From: the human T2T-CHM13v2.0 reference genome, Homo sapiens
DNA length: 64,000 nt
Strand: one strand, 5' to 3'
Assembly: GCF_009914755.1 (NCBI RefSeq)
Contig: NC_060928.1
The first letter of the stretch is position 1. The number at the start of each line of letters is the position of its first letter. Shown here piece by piece: positions 38,601-62,285 of the stretch. The notes beneath the pieces were generated by a model. That model was not told the DNA's origin. It ran no database searches and worked only from the letters and a program-made list of their open reading frames with translations. Both the position numbers and the translations under genes were made by a program.

Positions 38601-38829
38601 TTTAATAAATCCTCTTTCTGCTGGAATTAGCTAGAGCTGGTTTCTGTCGCTATATATTGTGACACAGTTTAAAACCTTCTCTCCTGGAAGACAGAGTGTT
38701 TCTACATGCACTTATTTTGTACTTTATTTTGGTCCTTAAAGTACCAAAGTGGAGGAGCTGGATTCTACCCTAAGAATACCTCCCTCTAAAGATAGAAGAA
38801 AATGAGTTTTGTTTTGTTTTGTTTTGTTT

Positions 38830-39117
38830 TTAGTTTATAGTCTCACTTGTTTATTTTTGCTTTTGCCTGTGCTTTTGGTGAGATAGCAAAAATATATTTG
38901 CCTAGGCATACATCAAGGAGCTTTTCCCCTATGATTTTTATTAAAAGTTTTACAGTTTTAGGTGTTTCAGTTTCATATCTTTAACCCATTTTGAGTTGAT
39001 TTTTGTGTATGGTGTAAGACAGGGTCCAGTTTTATTTTTTTGCATGTGGATATCCAGTTTCCTTAACACCAGTTATTTAAGAGACTATTCTTGAGACTAT
39101 TCTTTGCTCATTGTGTC
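38830..39117 (-). mobile_element. Old L1 (L1MA-like) ORF2 fragment
   Basis: ccattttgagttgatttttgtgtatggtgtaag; gcatgtggatatccagttt. Confidence 0.8.
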
Positions 39118-39499
39118 TTTTTTTTTTTTATACCTTAAGTTTTAGGGTACATGTGTACAACATGCAGGTTAGTTACATATGTATACATGTGCCATGTTGG
39201 TGTGCTGCACCCAGTAACTCGTCATTTAACATTAGATATATCTCCAAATGCTATCCCTACCCCCTACCCCCACCCCACAACAGGCTCCAGTGTTTGATGT
39301 TCCCCTTCCTGTGTCCATGTGTTCTCACTGTTCAATTCCCACCTATGAGTGAGAACATACGGTGTTTGGTTTTTTTGTCCTTGCGATAGTTTGCTGAAAA
39401 TGTGGCACATACACACCATGGAATACTATGCAGCCATAAAAAATGATAAGTTCATGTCCTTTATAGGGACATGGATGAAGCTGGAAACCATCATTCTCA
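39118..39499 (-). mobile_element. Short L1PA4-like insertion with a 5' inversion (39397-39499 on the plus strand)
   Basis: Poly(T) and 3'UTR on the minus strand to tttgctga; the adjacent upstream ~100 bp follow in the opposite orientation. Confidence 0.92.
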
Positions 39500-41884
39500 T
39501 CAAGAAGAGGAGTTAATGGTGATTGTAGGCAGCCTCCACCTCCAGAATCAGATCCAGACTCCTTGACTTTATCAGGTTTTGGTGTTAAGTGCTTGAGCTG
39601 GGAATAGGCAACACGGTGACCTGTTGATACACCATATTTTTAAGTTCTAACTCTAGCTAATGTTTCAATAACTTCACACCACCCACAGATGTTATATTCT
39701 TGTGTCTTCTCCCTCTTTGCTCTCTTCTCTTCCTACCTTCCTTGTATTCTTCCCTTTTTTTTGTTATTCCTGAGGATTTCAACCAATGTAACTTGAGGGG
39801 GCAAGTGAAGTTGGTCAAATCGTCAAAATGTTCCTCTGTTCTGTAGCATACCTTGTTATTCCCAATGGATTTCAAAGACTTCAGCAAAGTTTTTCAATTT
39901 AGCCTGACATCAGCATGTGGATTCCTCCCACTCAAGGTCTCAACTTGGAGGAAATCAGAACTGGGAGGAATCCATGCTATATGTCAGGGCTGGAGGGAAT
40001 TCTCCTGGCCTAAGAGGCCAACTGCAGGAAAGCAGGTTGGCAAAATCACAGCACAAACCAAGCAGTGGACATCACTGAGAGGTTCAAACCAGCAGACAGT
40101 ACTCAGTACCAGAAAGCCTAACCTCCTACAGTACTGGTTACAACAGGGAGGCTCCAACATGTCTGCCCAGGTATGGCAAGATCCCACCAGAGGGCACGGA
40201 GTCTGGGAGGGAAGCGGGGAGTGCAGGATATGGGAACTAGCACCAAGAAGGACCAGCAGGGGCTAATCTGGGGTTTGGGGCTAAGTCTCAGTGCCAGAAA
40301 GGATTATGTAAATAAACAAAAAGAACTTTGATTGAGGTGTCAAGGAAGGTCCATTCTCCAGCCCAAGACAAATTTTTAGAAAGAAAAAAAAAATGTCAAG
40401 AGTTACATGGAAACCTAAAACTCAGCCCACATTTTGATGTGGTCACTTTAACATGGCCTATAAAACAAACCATTAAAATTTCAGTCTTTAAAAAATTACC
40501 AAGCTATTGGGACAACCGATAGCCTCTCTTTGTCTCAGAGCTGGGAGTGAGTGAGGCTCAGGGTCAAGGTGAAGGGCAAGAGGGATGTGAAATGGGAGTT
40601 GGGAATGCCATGGCACACATTGCTCAGTAATTTAAACAAAAAATAGAAACAGCATTTTTTTTTTCAATTTTAATGAAACACTTTGAAGTGAGCCATGTAA
40701 AAACATTCTGCTTCACCAGGACTCTCTCCAATGTCCTAGTGGCCAGGTCTGGTGGGCCCTACGGACACCTCCCAAAGGGGGTGTGGCACTTGGGAGCCCA
40801 AGGGCTGAGGCCAACCCCCCAGATTATGAATTGGCTGAATAGAATTATGTCCAACCCCACCAAATACACTATGCCATCACAATCCCCTGAACAAGGACAG
40901 TCCCAGGCCTGCAGAGCAAAATTTAAGAGAAAGTTTAGGCCCCAGAATTTGTTAAGGACAAACTCGAGAGATCAAAGGGAAAGGCTGATACCACCACTGA
41001 GAAGCCCATAGACAGTCTCTTTCCCACCAATGCAGGGCCCACGTCTGACCGCTGTGCGCAGCTGGTCTGGCTCAGTTAGGCCAGACCAGATTTCCCGTAT
41101 GAGTCATAAAGAAGCACAGTAATCCACTTTTCTGGATTACAATAGCTCTCAGGGAACTTTTGTATAGGGCAGTTTATTACATAAAATTATAACAGTCAAC
41201 ATAAAAAACGCTCACTTACTTTGCATTTCTTCATTATTTTCTCAATTGGCTTTCATGGTATGTGTAAAAATGAAGTCCAGATAAAGTCTTTCCCAGTGAA
41301 GCGGGAAAAAAAAAAACCCTAACTCTTTAAACTGTCTTTACTCAGAATCTATATCAAGAAAGAATGCAGATCTCGGTAAGTACAAAAATAATAATTTATC
41401 TATTATATCGAGATTATTCAACTTGATTGGTTTTCTGTTTAGTTCCCTCTTGCTGCCTTTCTTCGGTATGCATGTTTTGTGCAGCCCCCTCAAAGCATGA
41501 AACCTGCCTTTGTGACACAAATAGGACCTTGTGCAGAAGCTACTGTCACCACTGCAGCCTGCCCCACATCTCATTAGGGTTAGGCCTTTAGCAGCTGGGG
41601 CTGTCAACTAGGATAAGCTTGTGAAATTTTGTTTATTTATTCTTTTTCTAAACCCTCTAATCCAAGCGTTTGCAAACCAGCCATAACAGCAAGTGTCTGC
41701 AGACAATAACTAATTCATTTGCTGTACTTTCCCCTTTGGTGGTACTGACATGTAATAGAATACCTGTCAGGACACTCTGGCGGAATAGGAATTACAGGAA
41801 TATTTTTGACAGGACACTAGTATTGTGTCTTGATAATTTATTGAAACCACCTGGTTTCAGATAGCCTACTTTGGATACTACCTA

Positions 41885-42970
41885 TTATTTTGAAATATTT
41901 CAACCTTACAGAAAAATTGAATGAATAGTATAAGTCATCCATATACATGTCTTCTAGATTACCCAGTTTTAAACATTTTGTCATCTTAGTTTTATCTCAC
42001 TCTCTCGATGTGTATGTGTATGGGTGTGTGTACGTGTAGTACCATTTGAAAAAAATTGCAGATGTTATACTTCCACCCTAAATATTTCCTCACTGATCTT
42101 TCAATAATAGGAGCATTCTCCTACATAAGCATAATACTATTATTATACTCGAAGTATTTAACTTTCACACAATATCATCAGATATATAGTCCATGTTCAA
42201 ACTTTTCTGATTGGTCCAATAAAGTCTTTAAATCTGTTTTTCTTTCTGTAATTCCAGGACGCAATCGAAAATGACACATTGCATTTTGTTGCCACATCTT
42301 TCTAGTTTCCTTTCATCCAAAACAGTTCTTCGTATCAACCCCCTGAGCTCCCCGCCTTTTTGGTCTTCTATCACATTGGCATTTTTGAAAAGTCAGTTGT
42401 TTTGTAAAATGTTCCACAAGCTGGATTTGCCTGATAATTTCCCTATGATTTAATTCAGGTTAAACATTTCTGGCAAGATTTTGACAGCATTATACAAGTA
42501 ATGTTGAATACAGTACATCACATTAGGAGGCAGATAATGTCTCATTTTTTATGATGCTAAGTTTGATCATTTGGTTAAAAAGGAATTTGCCATATTTCTT
42601 TATTGTAAAGATGCTTTTTTCCCCTTATAATAAATAAAATAATAAATGATCCTTTCAGATGATGTGAATATTTTTCCCTGAAAACTTTTCACCTATTTAT
42701 TTATGTATCCATGAATGAGTCTTCCCTATATTGACTATTATAGTGTTGGTGGCAAAATTATGATTTTCTAATGCAATCATTCCTTCCACATGTATTAGTT
42801 GCCATTCTTTTGTAAAACAAAGCTTTTTCTTCACCTTCAACCATTTTAAAAAATCCCTGTGGAACTTAACAATTCCTTTAAAGTTCAATGTGTTGTAATT
42901 CTTGATTTTTATTATTTTCTCTGATGCTCATACCTTTTCAGTTATGGTCAGGGGACCTGCTTAAAGCTAG
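41885..42970 (-). mobile_element. L1MC4/5-like 3'UTR
   Basis: ttattttgaaatatttcaa..ttacagaaaa; cattctcctacataa; attcaggttaaacattt.tggcaaga. Confidence 0.7.
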
Positions 42971-44090
42971 TAAAATTTATAATTTTACCACATTATTACA
43001 TTTCACAATTAATTAGAAGTAAGCAGTTATGCTGTATTAAAACACTGGTTTTTAATATCCACTTCATTATTCTTATAGAATTAGTAATATAATTCAAATC
43101 CCCCAAGCACTCCACCTTATGGAAACATCCTTTTCATTATTATTCAAACAAAATAACTGTGCTCACATCCCACAAAATTGTAGAAAATTCAGCAGCATCC
43201 TTTACATTTTCAAAGATTTAGGACAGTGAGGGAGAGTAACAGTCTCTTCTGATTGCCTGCCTCCTTTCACAGCCAGCTCAAGTCCCCATCGCTTCAGGGC
43301 CAAGCCCATGGCGCTTGTCCATGGTGCCATCTCCTGCCACATTTCCCCCAAGCATGGATTCTGTATCTTCCTCACTTTTCAAGGCTTTGCTGAAAATAAA
43401 GCGTTGTTACAACACCAAATAGGAAAGAACTTAATAGTCTACATCAGATATCCTTGCTCCAGGAAGGGAGCATTCTCTGAATGAACTGCATTCATTTTCC
43501 TATTCAGTCTACCATAGCTCATTTCAACATCAGCCCCACCTCTCAGACAGGCACCAGGCACCCGGGAAATGGAGTGACACAGCAAACATCACTCATGGCA
43601 AAGTCCAGAATCACTCAATAATTGGTGTTTAAGTTCCCCAGTCAGTAACATCATTCTCCTCTTTGCCTCAACCATCCTACACATGTATATCCTTTCAACC
43701 ACCTCCCTCACCCCTCACCTTGGCAACCCATTCTTGCATCACCTTCAGTAGTGGCCCTTCTGGTATCCTGTCCTTACTAGCTAATCTTAGGTGGCACCAT
43801 TTCTCCTGGCTCACCCCAGCCTCAGGGTGAGACTCTACATAACACTTTCCCTTGGGCTGTCTGCTCCTTAAGGCCACATCCCCTATCCTCCTATCACTAT
43901 TCATAGCTCTCTCTTTTTATGGAAAACTTATTGATTAATCTACTGCCGTGGCCCAATTCCTCACACTGACTGTTCAACATTCCATTCTGACAAGCCTAAC
44001 TCATCTGACTCTTTGCAGGATAGGAAAGGCTGTGGAGCCACAGTGCAGTTAGGAGTCAGAACATTCCAGCTCCTAGAAGGAGGGACATGG

Positions 44091-45562
44091 TGTATTAGGC
44101 CATTCTTGCACTACTATAAAAAAAACCTGAGATGGGGTAATTTATAAAGAAAAGAGGTTTAATTGGCCCATGGTTCTACAGGCTTTATGAGAAGTGTGAT
44201 ATGCTGACATCTGCTTGGTTTCTAGGAAGACCTCAAGCAGCTTTTACTAATGGCAGAAGGTGAAGGATGAATAGGCATGTCACATAGCAAAAGCAGGAAT
44301 GAGAGTGAGAGGGTAGGAGGGAAGGTGCCACACACTTTTAAATAAGCAGATCTCATGTGAACTCAGAGCAAGAGCTCACTTATTACCAAGGAGATAGCCC
44401 AAGCCATTCGTGAGGGATCGACCCCCGTGATCCAAACACTTCCCACCAGGCCCCACCTCTAACATTGGGGATTACGTTTCAAAATGAGATTTCAGTAAGG
44501 AAAGATATCCAAATAATATCATTCCACCTTGTTCCCTCCCAAATCTCATGTCTTTCTCACACTGCAAAACGCAATCATACGTTCTTAATAGTCCCCTAAA
44601 GTCTTAACTCATTCCAACATTAACTGAGATCTCCCAACTCCTAAGTTCTATCTGAGACGCAAGCCAAGTTTCTTTCACCTATAAGTCTGTAAAATCAAAC
44701 ACAGGTTATTAACTTCCAAGATACAATGGTGTTATAGGCATTGGGTAAACATTCCTGTTCCAAAAGGGAGAAATTGGCTAAAAGAAAGGGGCTACAGGCC
44801 TCACACAAAACTGAAACACAGCAGTCACTAAACATTAAAGCTCCAAAATAATCTTCTTTAACTCTATGTCCCACGTCCAGGGCAACTGATAAGAGAAGTG
44901 GGTTCCAAAGACCTTTGGCAACTCCACCCCTGTGGCTTTGCAGGGTTCAGCACCCAAGGCTACTCTCACAGCTGTAGTTGAGTGTCCGCAGCTTTTCCAG
45001 GCTCAGGGCACAGGCTGCTGGTGGATCTACCATTCTGGGATCTGGAGGGCAGTGGCCCAATTCCCACAGCTCCACTAGAAAGTGCCCTATTGGGGACTCT
45101 GTGTGGCAGCTCCAACCCCACATTTCCCCTCCACACTGCCCTAGTAGAGGTTCTCTGTGAGGGCTCTACCCCTGGAGCAGGCTTCTACTTGGGCACCCAG
45201 GCTTTTTCATATATCCTTTGAAATCTAGGCAGAGGCTGCCAAGGCTTCACTCTGTGCACCTACAGGCTTAACACCACAGGGAAGCCACCAAGGCTTACTG
45301 TGGTGCAATTCAGAAGGCCACTCAAGCTATATATGGGGCCCTTTCAACTGAGGCTGGAGCCAGATTGGGTGGGATGCAGGAAGCAGTGTATTGAGGCTGC
45401 ACAGGGCAGTGAGGTCCCATGCCTGGCCCATGAAACCATTCTTTCTTCCTAGGACTCTATGCCTGTGTTGACAGGGGCTACTACAAAGGTCTCCAAAATG
45501 CCTTCAAGGTCTTTTTCTCATTGTCTTGGATATTGGTAGTTGGTTCCCTTTTATTTATGCAA
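44091..45562 (-). mobile_element. MST (ERVL-MaLR) LTR (44091-44521) plus truncated internal sequence
   Basis: tgtattaggccattcttgc...ggtaatttataaagaaaagaggtttaattgg...atca, then MST-int (ttccaagatacaatgg; ggatctaccattctggg). Confidence 0.88.
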
Positions 45563-45613
45563 ATAACATGCTAAACATGATAAATATCCTGACTTCAAAA
45601 ATCATGCATATTC

Positions 45614-52476
<6,863 letters not shown>

Positions 52477-52946
52477 AAATCATGCATATTCTCATACACA
52501 CATATATATCATATATATATATATACACATACACACTTTTCATTTATCTCACTCCTGTCTACGGCACCTAGAAGAAAGTAAGTAAAAATTGCCATTAAAG
52601 AGATAAGAAAGTCAACAATCTAACTTGCAACACATACAAGTGGCAGCTCTACCAAGTAGCGCTGACTTTCCTGAGTCATTGCAAATTTCCTACATAATTT
52701 AGTGAATATAACCTGGTCAGATGGCATGGCAGTAAGAACCTTTAGCTGAACAATTACAAGCAAAACTAATGACAAAGAAACAGAAGTCAGGCCTCTTGCC
52801 TTGGGCCTAGCTCAATCCTGGGCTGCATCTAAATATTTAAAAACAAAAAACTAACTAGTCATCTGAGTGAGTCCATTTTTTGGTGGCAGACTTCCAATAA
52901 GTAAACTACAATCAGGGAGTTGAGGAGTGATCAATTCATAATGCCC

Positions 52947-53439
52947 TTGTTGGAAGGCAGAATAATGCTCCCCCCACCCAAAAGATATTCATATTCTAAT
53001 TCCTGAAACTTGTTAGTATCTTACCTTACATGACAAAAGGGACTCTGTTAAGCATCTTGACCTAGGTAAATGTTTGTGGAATATTTAGGTGGGCCCAATG
53101 TAATCAAAGGAGTCCTAAAAAGATGGGAAGGAGAGGCAGAATCTCAGAATCCAAGAGATTTGAAGATGCCACACAGTTGGACTTGAAAGTGAGAAAAGGG
53201 GCCATGTGAGTAGCCTCTAGAAGAATGTGGGCAGCCTCCAGAAGCTGGAAAAGACCAGGAAAAGGAGTCTCTCCTCCCCCAGAGCCTCCAGAGGGAATAT
53301 AGCCAGCAATCACCTGATTTCAGCCCCGTAAGACCCATTTTGCTTTCTGACCTCTAGAATTGTAACATAACAAATTCATATTATTTTAAGCCACTAAGTT
53401 GCTGGTAACTGGTTACAGAAGCAATAGAAAACTAATATA
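52947..53439 (+). mobile_element. MLT1D-like MaLR solo LTR
   Basis: ggcagaataatg...taccttacatgacaaaagggac...ttttaagccactaagtt...gcaatagaaaactaata. Confidence 0.82.
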
Positions 53440-53546
53440 CCCAACTTCTCCTGCTGAGTTCTGAACAAATTAGAAGAGTCAAGGAATATGGCACAGAGCA
53501 AGATATCACCTTTATGGCTGATAAAGCTGAGAGGAGAAAATGTGCC

Positions 53547-54225
53547 TGATAATGGTTTGGATTGGTGTGCCCAGCCAAAGCTCATGTCGAATGAATTGTA
53601 TTCTCCAATGTTGGAGGAGGGGCCTGGTGGGAGGTGATTGGATCATGGGGTGGACTTCTCCCTTGCTGTTTTCATGACTGTGAATGAGTTCTCATGAGAT
53701 CTGGTTGTTTTAAAACTGTGTAGCACCTCCCCCTTTTCTCTCTTCCTCCTGCTCTGGCCATGTAAGACGTGCCTCCTTCATATTCATCTTTCACCATGAT
53801 TTTAAGTTTTCTGAGGCCTCCCCAGCCATGCTTCCTATATAGCCTGTGGAACTGTGAGCCAATTAAACTTCTTTTCTTTATAAATTACCCAGTCTCTGGT
53901 AGTTTTGTTGTTGATGTTTGACCAAGGCTGGAGTGCAGTGGCGTGATCTTGTCTCCCTGCAACCTCCAGCTCCTAGGTTCAAGCAATTCTCCTGCCTCAG
54001 CCTCCTGAGTATCTGGGATTACAGGCATGCACCACCATGCCCAGCTAATTTTTGTATTTTTTTAGTAGAGATGAGGTTTTGCCATGTTAACCAGGCTGGT
54101 CTCAAATTCCTGACCCCAGGTGATCCACCCGCCTTGGCCTCCCAAAGTTCTGGGATTATAGGTGTGAGCCACTGAGTCTGGCCCTCTGGTAGTTCTTTAT
54201 AGCAACACAAGAACAGACTTATACA
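53547..54225 (+). mobile_element. MSTA-like MaLR solo LTR interrupted by an Alu
   Basis: TG...CA ends; 5-bp TSD gtgcc at 53542-53546 / 54226-54230. Confidence 0.9.
53905..54183 (-). mobile_element. AluS-type element with a short deletion next to the tail
   Basis: Dimeric Alu; TSD ctctggtagtt at 53894-53904 / 54184-54194. Confidence 0.92.
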
Positions 54226-54619
54226 GTGCCCCAGATGTGTAATAATAAGGGGCTTCCTAAAAACAAACCCCAGATTAAACAGAGCACCACCAGCCAAAGG
54301 CTGTGCTGGTCCACTCAAAGTCCTGTAATTGCCCCTAGACAATTTATGGCAGGAGGTTCAAAGGGGAAAGAGTGATACTTTCTGTGGGTGGCTAGACTTC
54401 AAAGAGAAAAAAGAGAAAATGGGGCAGAGCTGGGCATCCCTAGTTCTCATCCCAAATACCCAACAGATGGGAATAAGTGAGGAGGTAGACTGTAGCTAAT
54501 ATATGTCCTTCTGTGTGAAAACAGGAGGGAAAAAATAAATTTAATTTAAGTACATCCAGGCACTGCTCCTTTTACTTAGGCTATATTACCCCTTAGGCCA
54601 TACGTTATCAGGGACACCT

Positions 54620-54885
54620 TATGTCATAGGTAGTAAGAGCATTATTCTGTAGTCCATTTGCCTGAATTGAAAACCTGCCTTCATCATATTCGTTACATCA
54701 AGTTGCTTACACTCTCTGTGTTCTGGTAAAGAATGGTAGGGAAGATCAGAGAGGGTTATAATATATTAATAGCTTATTTCATAGTTTTGATATAAGAATT
54801 ACACAAAATAATGGTTTTAATGTACTTAGCACGATGTCTGACATAGAGTATGCATTCAATAAATATTGACTATTATTATTACTAT
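54620..54885 (+). mobile_element. MIR
   Basis: caagttgcttacactctctgtg...tacttagcacgatgtctgacataga...caataaatattgactattatt. Confidence 0.7.
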
Positions 54886-54979
54886 GTACCATTTATGCAT
54901 GTCTCAATATGTTGTACAAATATTCTTTGTTTAAGGAACTAGAAAATTATTACAGGGAGTTTGACAGCCTAATCAAAGG

Positions 54980-55170
54980 TTGCCCGCGAGAGCATACTTG
55001 GAAATGTCTGGAGACATTTTTGGTTGTCACATATGGGGTGTGCTACTGGCATCTAGCAGGTAGAGGTCAGAGATGCTGCAAAATACCCTACAAGGCACAG
55101 GACAGCTCCCCCACAACAAATAATTGTCCAACCCAAAATGTCAGTAGTGCTGAGGTAAATAAATCCTATA
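54980..55170. mobile_element. MER20-like hAT-Charlie fossil
   Basis: aatgtctggagacatttttggttgtcac...tgctactggcatctag..ggtagagg.cagagatgctgc. Confidence 0.85.
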
Positions 55171-55380
55171 TTAGATAGACAACATAGGAATTGACTTGCT
55201 TGAGAAAAAGAATTTTTAATTTATATTCTATGCATTCAGCAGAATATGAAATATATAAATTGAATACTGAAATACAATCAAGTAGCCCTGTGATACAATG
55301 AGAGGAAGATGAACCAAGGAAACAAAAGTCAGAAACTGTTTGGGGGATTTTTTTTTCTTAGTTAAACAATAAGGAGTTTT

Positions 55381-56711
55381 GACAAAACCGCTGTAGACAG
55401 ACTGCCTCTCTAGATTCCTCCTCAAATGGGTCCCTGACCCCGGTGCTTCCAAGGGTTGACAGACACCTCACGCAGGAGAGATTCCACTGGCATCTGGCGG
55501 GTGCTCCTCTGGGATGAAGCTTCCAGAGGAAGGAACAGGCAGCCATCTTTGCTGTTCTGCAGCCTCTGCTGGTGATACCCAGGAAAACAGCTTCTGGAGT
55601 GGACCCCCAGCAAAATCCAGCAGACCTGAAACAGAGGAGCCTGTTAGAAGAAAAACTAACAAACAGAAAGGAATAGCATCAACATAATAAAAAGGATGAC
55701 CATGTAAAAACTCCATCCGAAGATCACCAACATCAAAGACCAAAGGTAGATAAATCCACGAAGATGTGGAAAAACCAGCTCAAAAATGCTGAAAATTCCA
55801 AAAACCAGAATGCCTCTTCTCCTCCAAAGGAACACAACCACTCGCCAGCAAGAGAACAAAACTGGATGGAGAATGAGTTTGACAAATTGACAGAAGTAGC
55901 CTTCAGAAAGTGGGTAATAACAAACTACTCTGAGCTAAAGGAGCATGTTCTCACCAGATACAAGGAGGCTAAAAACCTTCATAAAAGGTTACAGGAACTG
56001 CTAACTAGAATAATGAGTTTAGAGAGGAACATAAATCAACTGTTGGAGCTGGAAAACACAGCACAAGAACTTTGTGAAGCACACACAAATATGAACAGCC
56101 AAATCAATCAAGTGGAAGAAGGGATATCAGAGATTGAAGATCAACTTAATGAAATAAAGCATGAAGACAAGATTAGAGAAAAAAGAATGAAAAGGATTAA
56201 ACAAAGCCTCCTAGAAATATAGGACTATGTGAAAAGACCAAACCTACATTTGATTGATGTATCTCAAAGTGACAGGGAGAATGGAAGCAAGTTGGAAAAC
56301 ACATTTAAGAATATTATCCAGGAGAGCTTCCCTAACCTAGCAAAACAGGCCAACATTCAAATTCAGGAAATACAGAGAACACCACAAAGATACTCCTCAT
56401 GAAGAGCAACCCCAAGACACATAATTGTCAGATTCACCAAGGTTGAAATGAAGGAAAAAATGTTAAGGGAAGCCAGAGAGAAAGGTTGGGTTACCCACAA
56501 AGGGAAGCCCATCAGACTAACAGTGGATCTCTCTTCAGAAATCCTACAAGCCAGAAAAGAGTAGGGGGCCAATATTCAACATTCTTTAAAAAAAGAATTT
56601 TCAACCCAGAATTTCATATCCAGCCAAACTAACCTTCATAAGTGAAAAAGAAAGAAAATTCTTTATAGGGAAGCAAAGGCTGAGGGATTTTGTCACCACC
56701 AGGCCTATCTT
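55381..56711 (+). mobile_element. L1PA7/8-like element, 5' part (partial 5'UTR and ORF1), interrupted by L1PA2
   Basis: ORF1 fragment 55764-56222; the sequence resumes in register at 62754. Confidence 0.9.
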
Positions 56712-56926
56712 TTTTTTCTTTTTTATACTTTAAGTTTTAGGGTACATGTGCACATTGTGCAGGTTAGTTACATATGTATACATGTGCCATGCTGGTGCGC
56801 AGCACCCACTAACTCGTCATCTAGCATTAGGTATATCTCCCAATGCTATCCCTCCCCCCTCCCCCCACCCCACAACAGTCCCCAGAGTGTGATATTCCCC
56901 TTCCTGTGTCCATGTGATCTCATTGT

Positions 56927-60752
<3,826 letters not shown>

Positions 60753-60799
60753 TATGATGTTAGCTGGTTATTTTGCTCGTTAGTTGATGCAGTTTCTTC

Positions 60800-61831
60800 C
60801 TAGTCTCGATGGTCTTTACATTTGGGCATGATTTTGCAGTGCTGGTACCGGTTGTTCCTTTCCATGTTTAGCGCTTCCTTCAGGAGCTCTTTTAGGGCAG
60901 GCCTGGTGGTGACAAAATCTCTCAGCATTTGCTTGTCTGTAAAGGATTTTATTTCTCCTTCGCTTATGAAGCTTAGTTTGGCTGGATATGAAATTCTGGG
61001 TTGAAAATTCTTTTCTTTAAGAATGTTGAATATTGGCCCCCACTCTCTTCTGGCTTGTAGGGTTTCTGCTGAGAGATCTGCTGTTAGTCTGATGGGCTTC
61101 CCTTTGAGGGTAACCCGACCTTTCTCTCTGGCTGCCCTTATCATTTTTTCCTTCATTTCAACTTTGGTGAATCTGACAATTATGTGTCTTGGAGTTGGTC
61201 TTCTTGAGGAGTATCTTTGTGGCATTCTCTGTATTTCCTGAATCTGAACGTAGGCCTGCCTTGCTAGATTGGGGAAGTTCTCCTGGATAATATCCTGCAG
61301 AGTGTTTTCCAACTTGGTTCCATTCTCCCCATCACTTTCAGGTACACCAATGAGACATAGATTTGGTCTTTTCACATAGTCCCATATTTCTTGGAGGCTT
61401 TGCTCATTTCTTTTTATTCTTTTTTCTCTAAACTTCCCTTCTTGCTTCATTTCATTCATTTCATCTTCCATTGCTGATACCCTTTCTTCCAGTTGATTGC
61501 ATTGGCTCCTGAGGCTTCTGCATTCTTCACGTAGTTCTCGAGCCTTGGTTTTCAGCTCCATCAGCTCCTTTAAGCACTTCTCTGTATTGCTTATTCTAGT
61601 TATACATTCTTCTAAATTTTTTTCAAAGTTTTCAACTTCTTTGCCTTTGGTTTGAATGTCCTCCCGTAGCGTAGAGTAATTTGATCGTCTGAAGCCTTCT
61701 TCTCTCAGCTCGTCAAAGTCATTCTCCATCCAGCTTTGTTCCGTTGCTGGTGAGGAACTGCGTTCCTTTGGAGGAGGAGAGACGCTCTGCATTTTAGAGT
61801 TTCCAGTTTTTCTGTTCTGTTTTTTCCTCAT
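60800..61831 (-). CDS. L1 ORF1p, open over nearly its full length with a frameshifted C-terminal tail
   Basis: 343 aa; coiled coil, RRM and CTD (ARREWG, YPAKLS) are intact. It ends RYQHCKIMPKCKDHRD instead of the canonical RYQPLQNHAKM. Confidence 0.85.
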   Translation of the reverse strand: MRKKQNRKTGNSKMQSVSPPPKERSSSPATEQSWMENDFDELREEGFRRSNYSTLREDIQTKGKEVENFEKNLEECITRISNTEKCLKELMELKTKARELREECRSLRSQCNQLEERVSAMEDEMNEMKQEGKFREKRIKRNEQSLQEIWDYVKRPNLCLIGVPESDGENGTKLENTLQDIIQENFPNLARQAYVQIQEIQRMPQRYSSRRPTPRHIIVRFTKVEMKEKMIRAAREKGRVTLKGKPIRLTADLSAETLQARREWGPIFNILKEKNFQPRISYPAKLSFISEGEIKSFTDKQMLRDFVTTRPALKELLKEALNMERNNRYQHCKIMPKCKDHRD

Positions 61832-62285
61832 CTTTGTGGTTTTATCTACTTTTGGTCTTTGATGATGGTGATGTACAGACGGGTTTTCGGTGTGGAAGTC
61901 CTTTCTGTTTGTTAGTTTTCCTTCTAACAGACAGGACCCTCAGCTGCAGGTCTGTTGGAATACCCTGCCATGTGAGGTGTCAGTGTGCCCCTGCTGGGGG
62001 GTGCGTCCCAGTTAGGCTGCTCGGGGGTCAGGGTTCAGGGACCCACTTGAGGAGGCAGTCTGCCGGTTCTCAGATCTCCAGCTGCGTGCTGGGAGAACCA
62101 CTGCTCTCTTCAAAGCTGTCAGACAGGGACATTTAAGTCTGCAGATGTTACTGCTGTCTTTTTGTTTGTCTGTGCCCTGCCCCCAGAGGTGGAGCCTACG
62201 TGGCAGGCAGGCCTCCTTGAGCTGTGGTGGGCTCCACCCAGTTGGAGCTTCCTGGCTGCTTTGTTTACCTAAGCAAGCCTGGGCA

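Noticed and set aside
39853-41011. ORFs of 137 aa and 112 aa in non-repeat DNA
   Set aside because: No domain or homology that I recognise; lengths are compatible with chance.
41062-41089. Hairpin ctggtctggc-N8-gccagaccag
   Set aside because: A 10-bp stem is too short for a pre-miRNA and may be chance.
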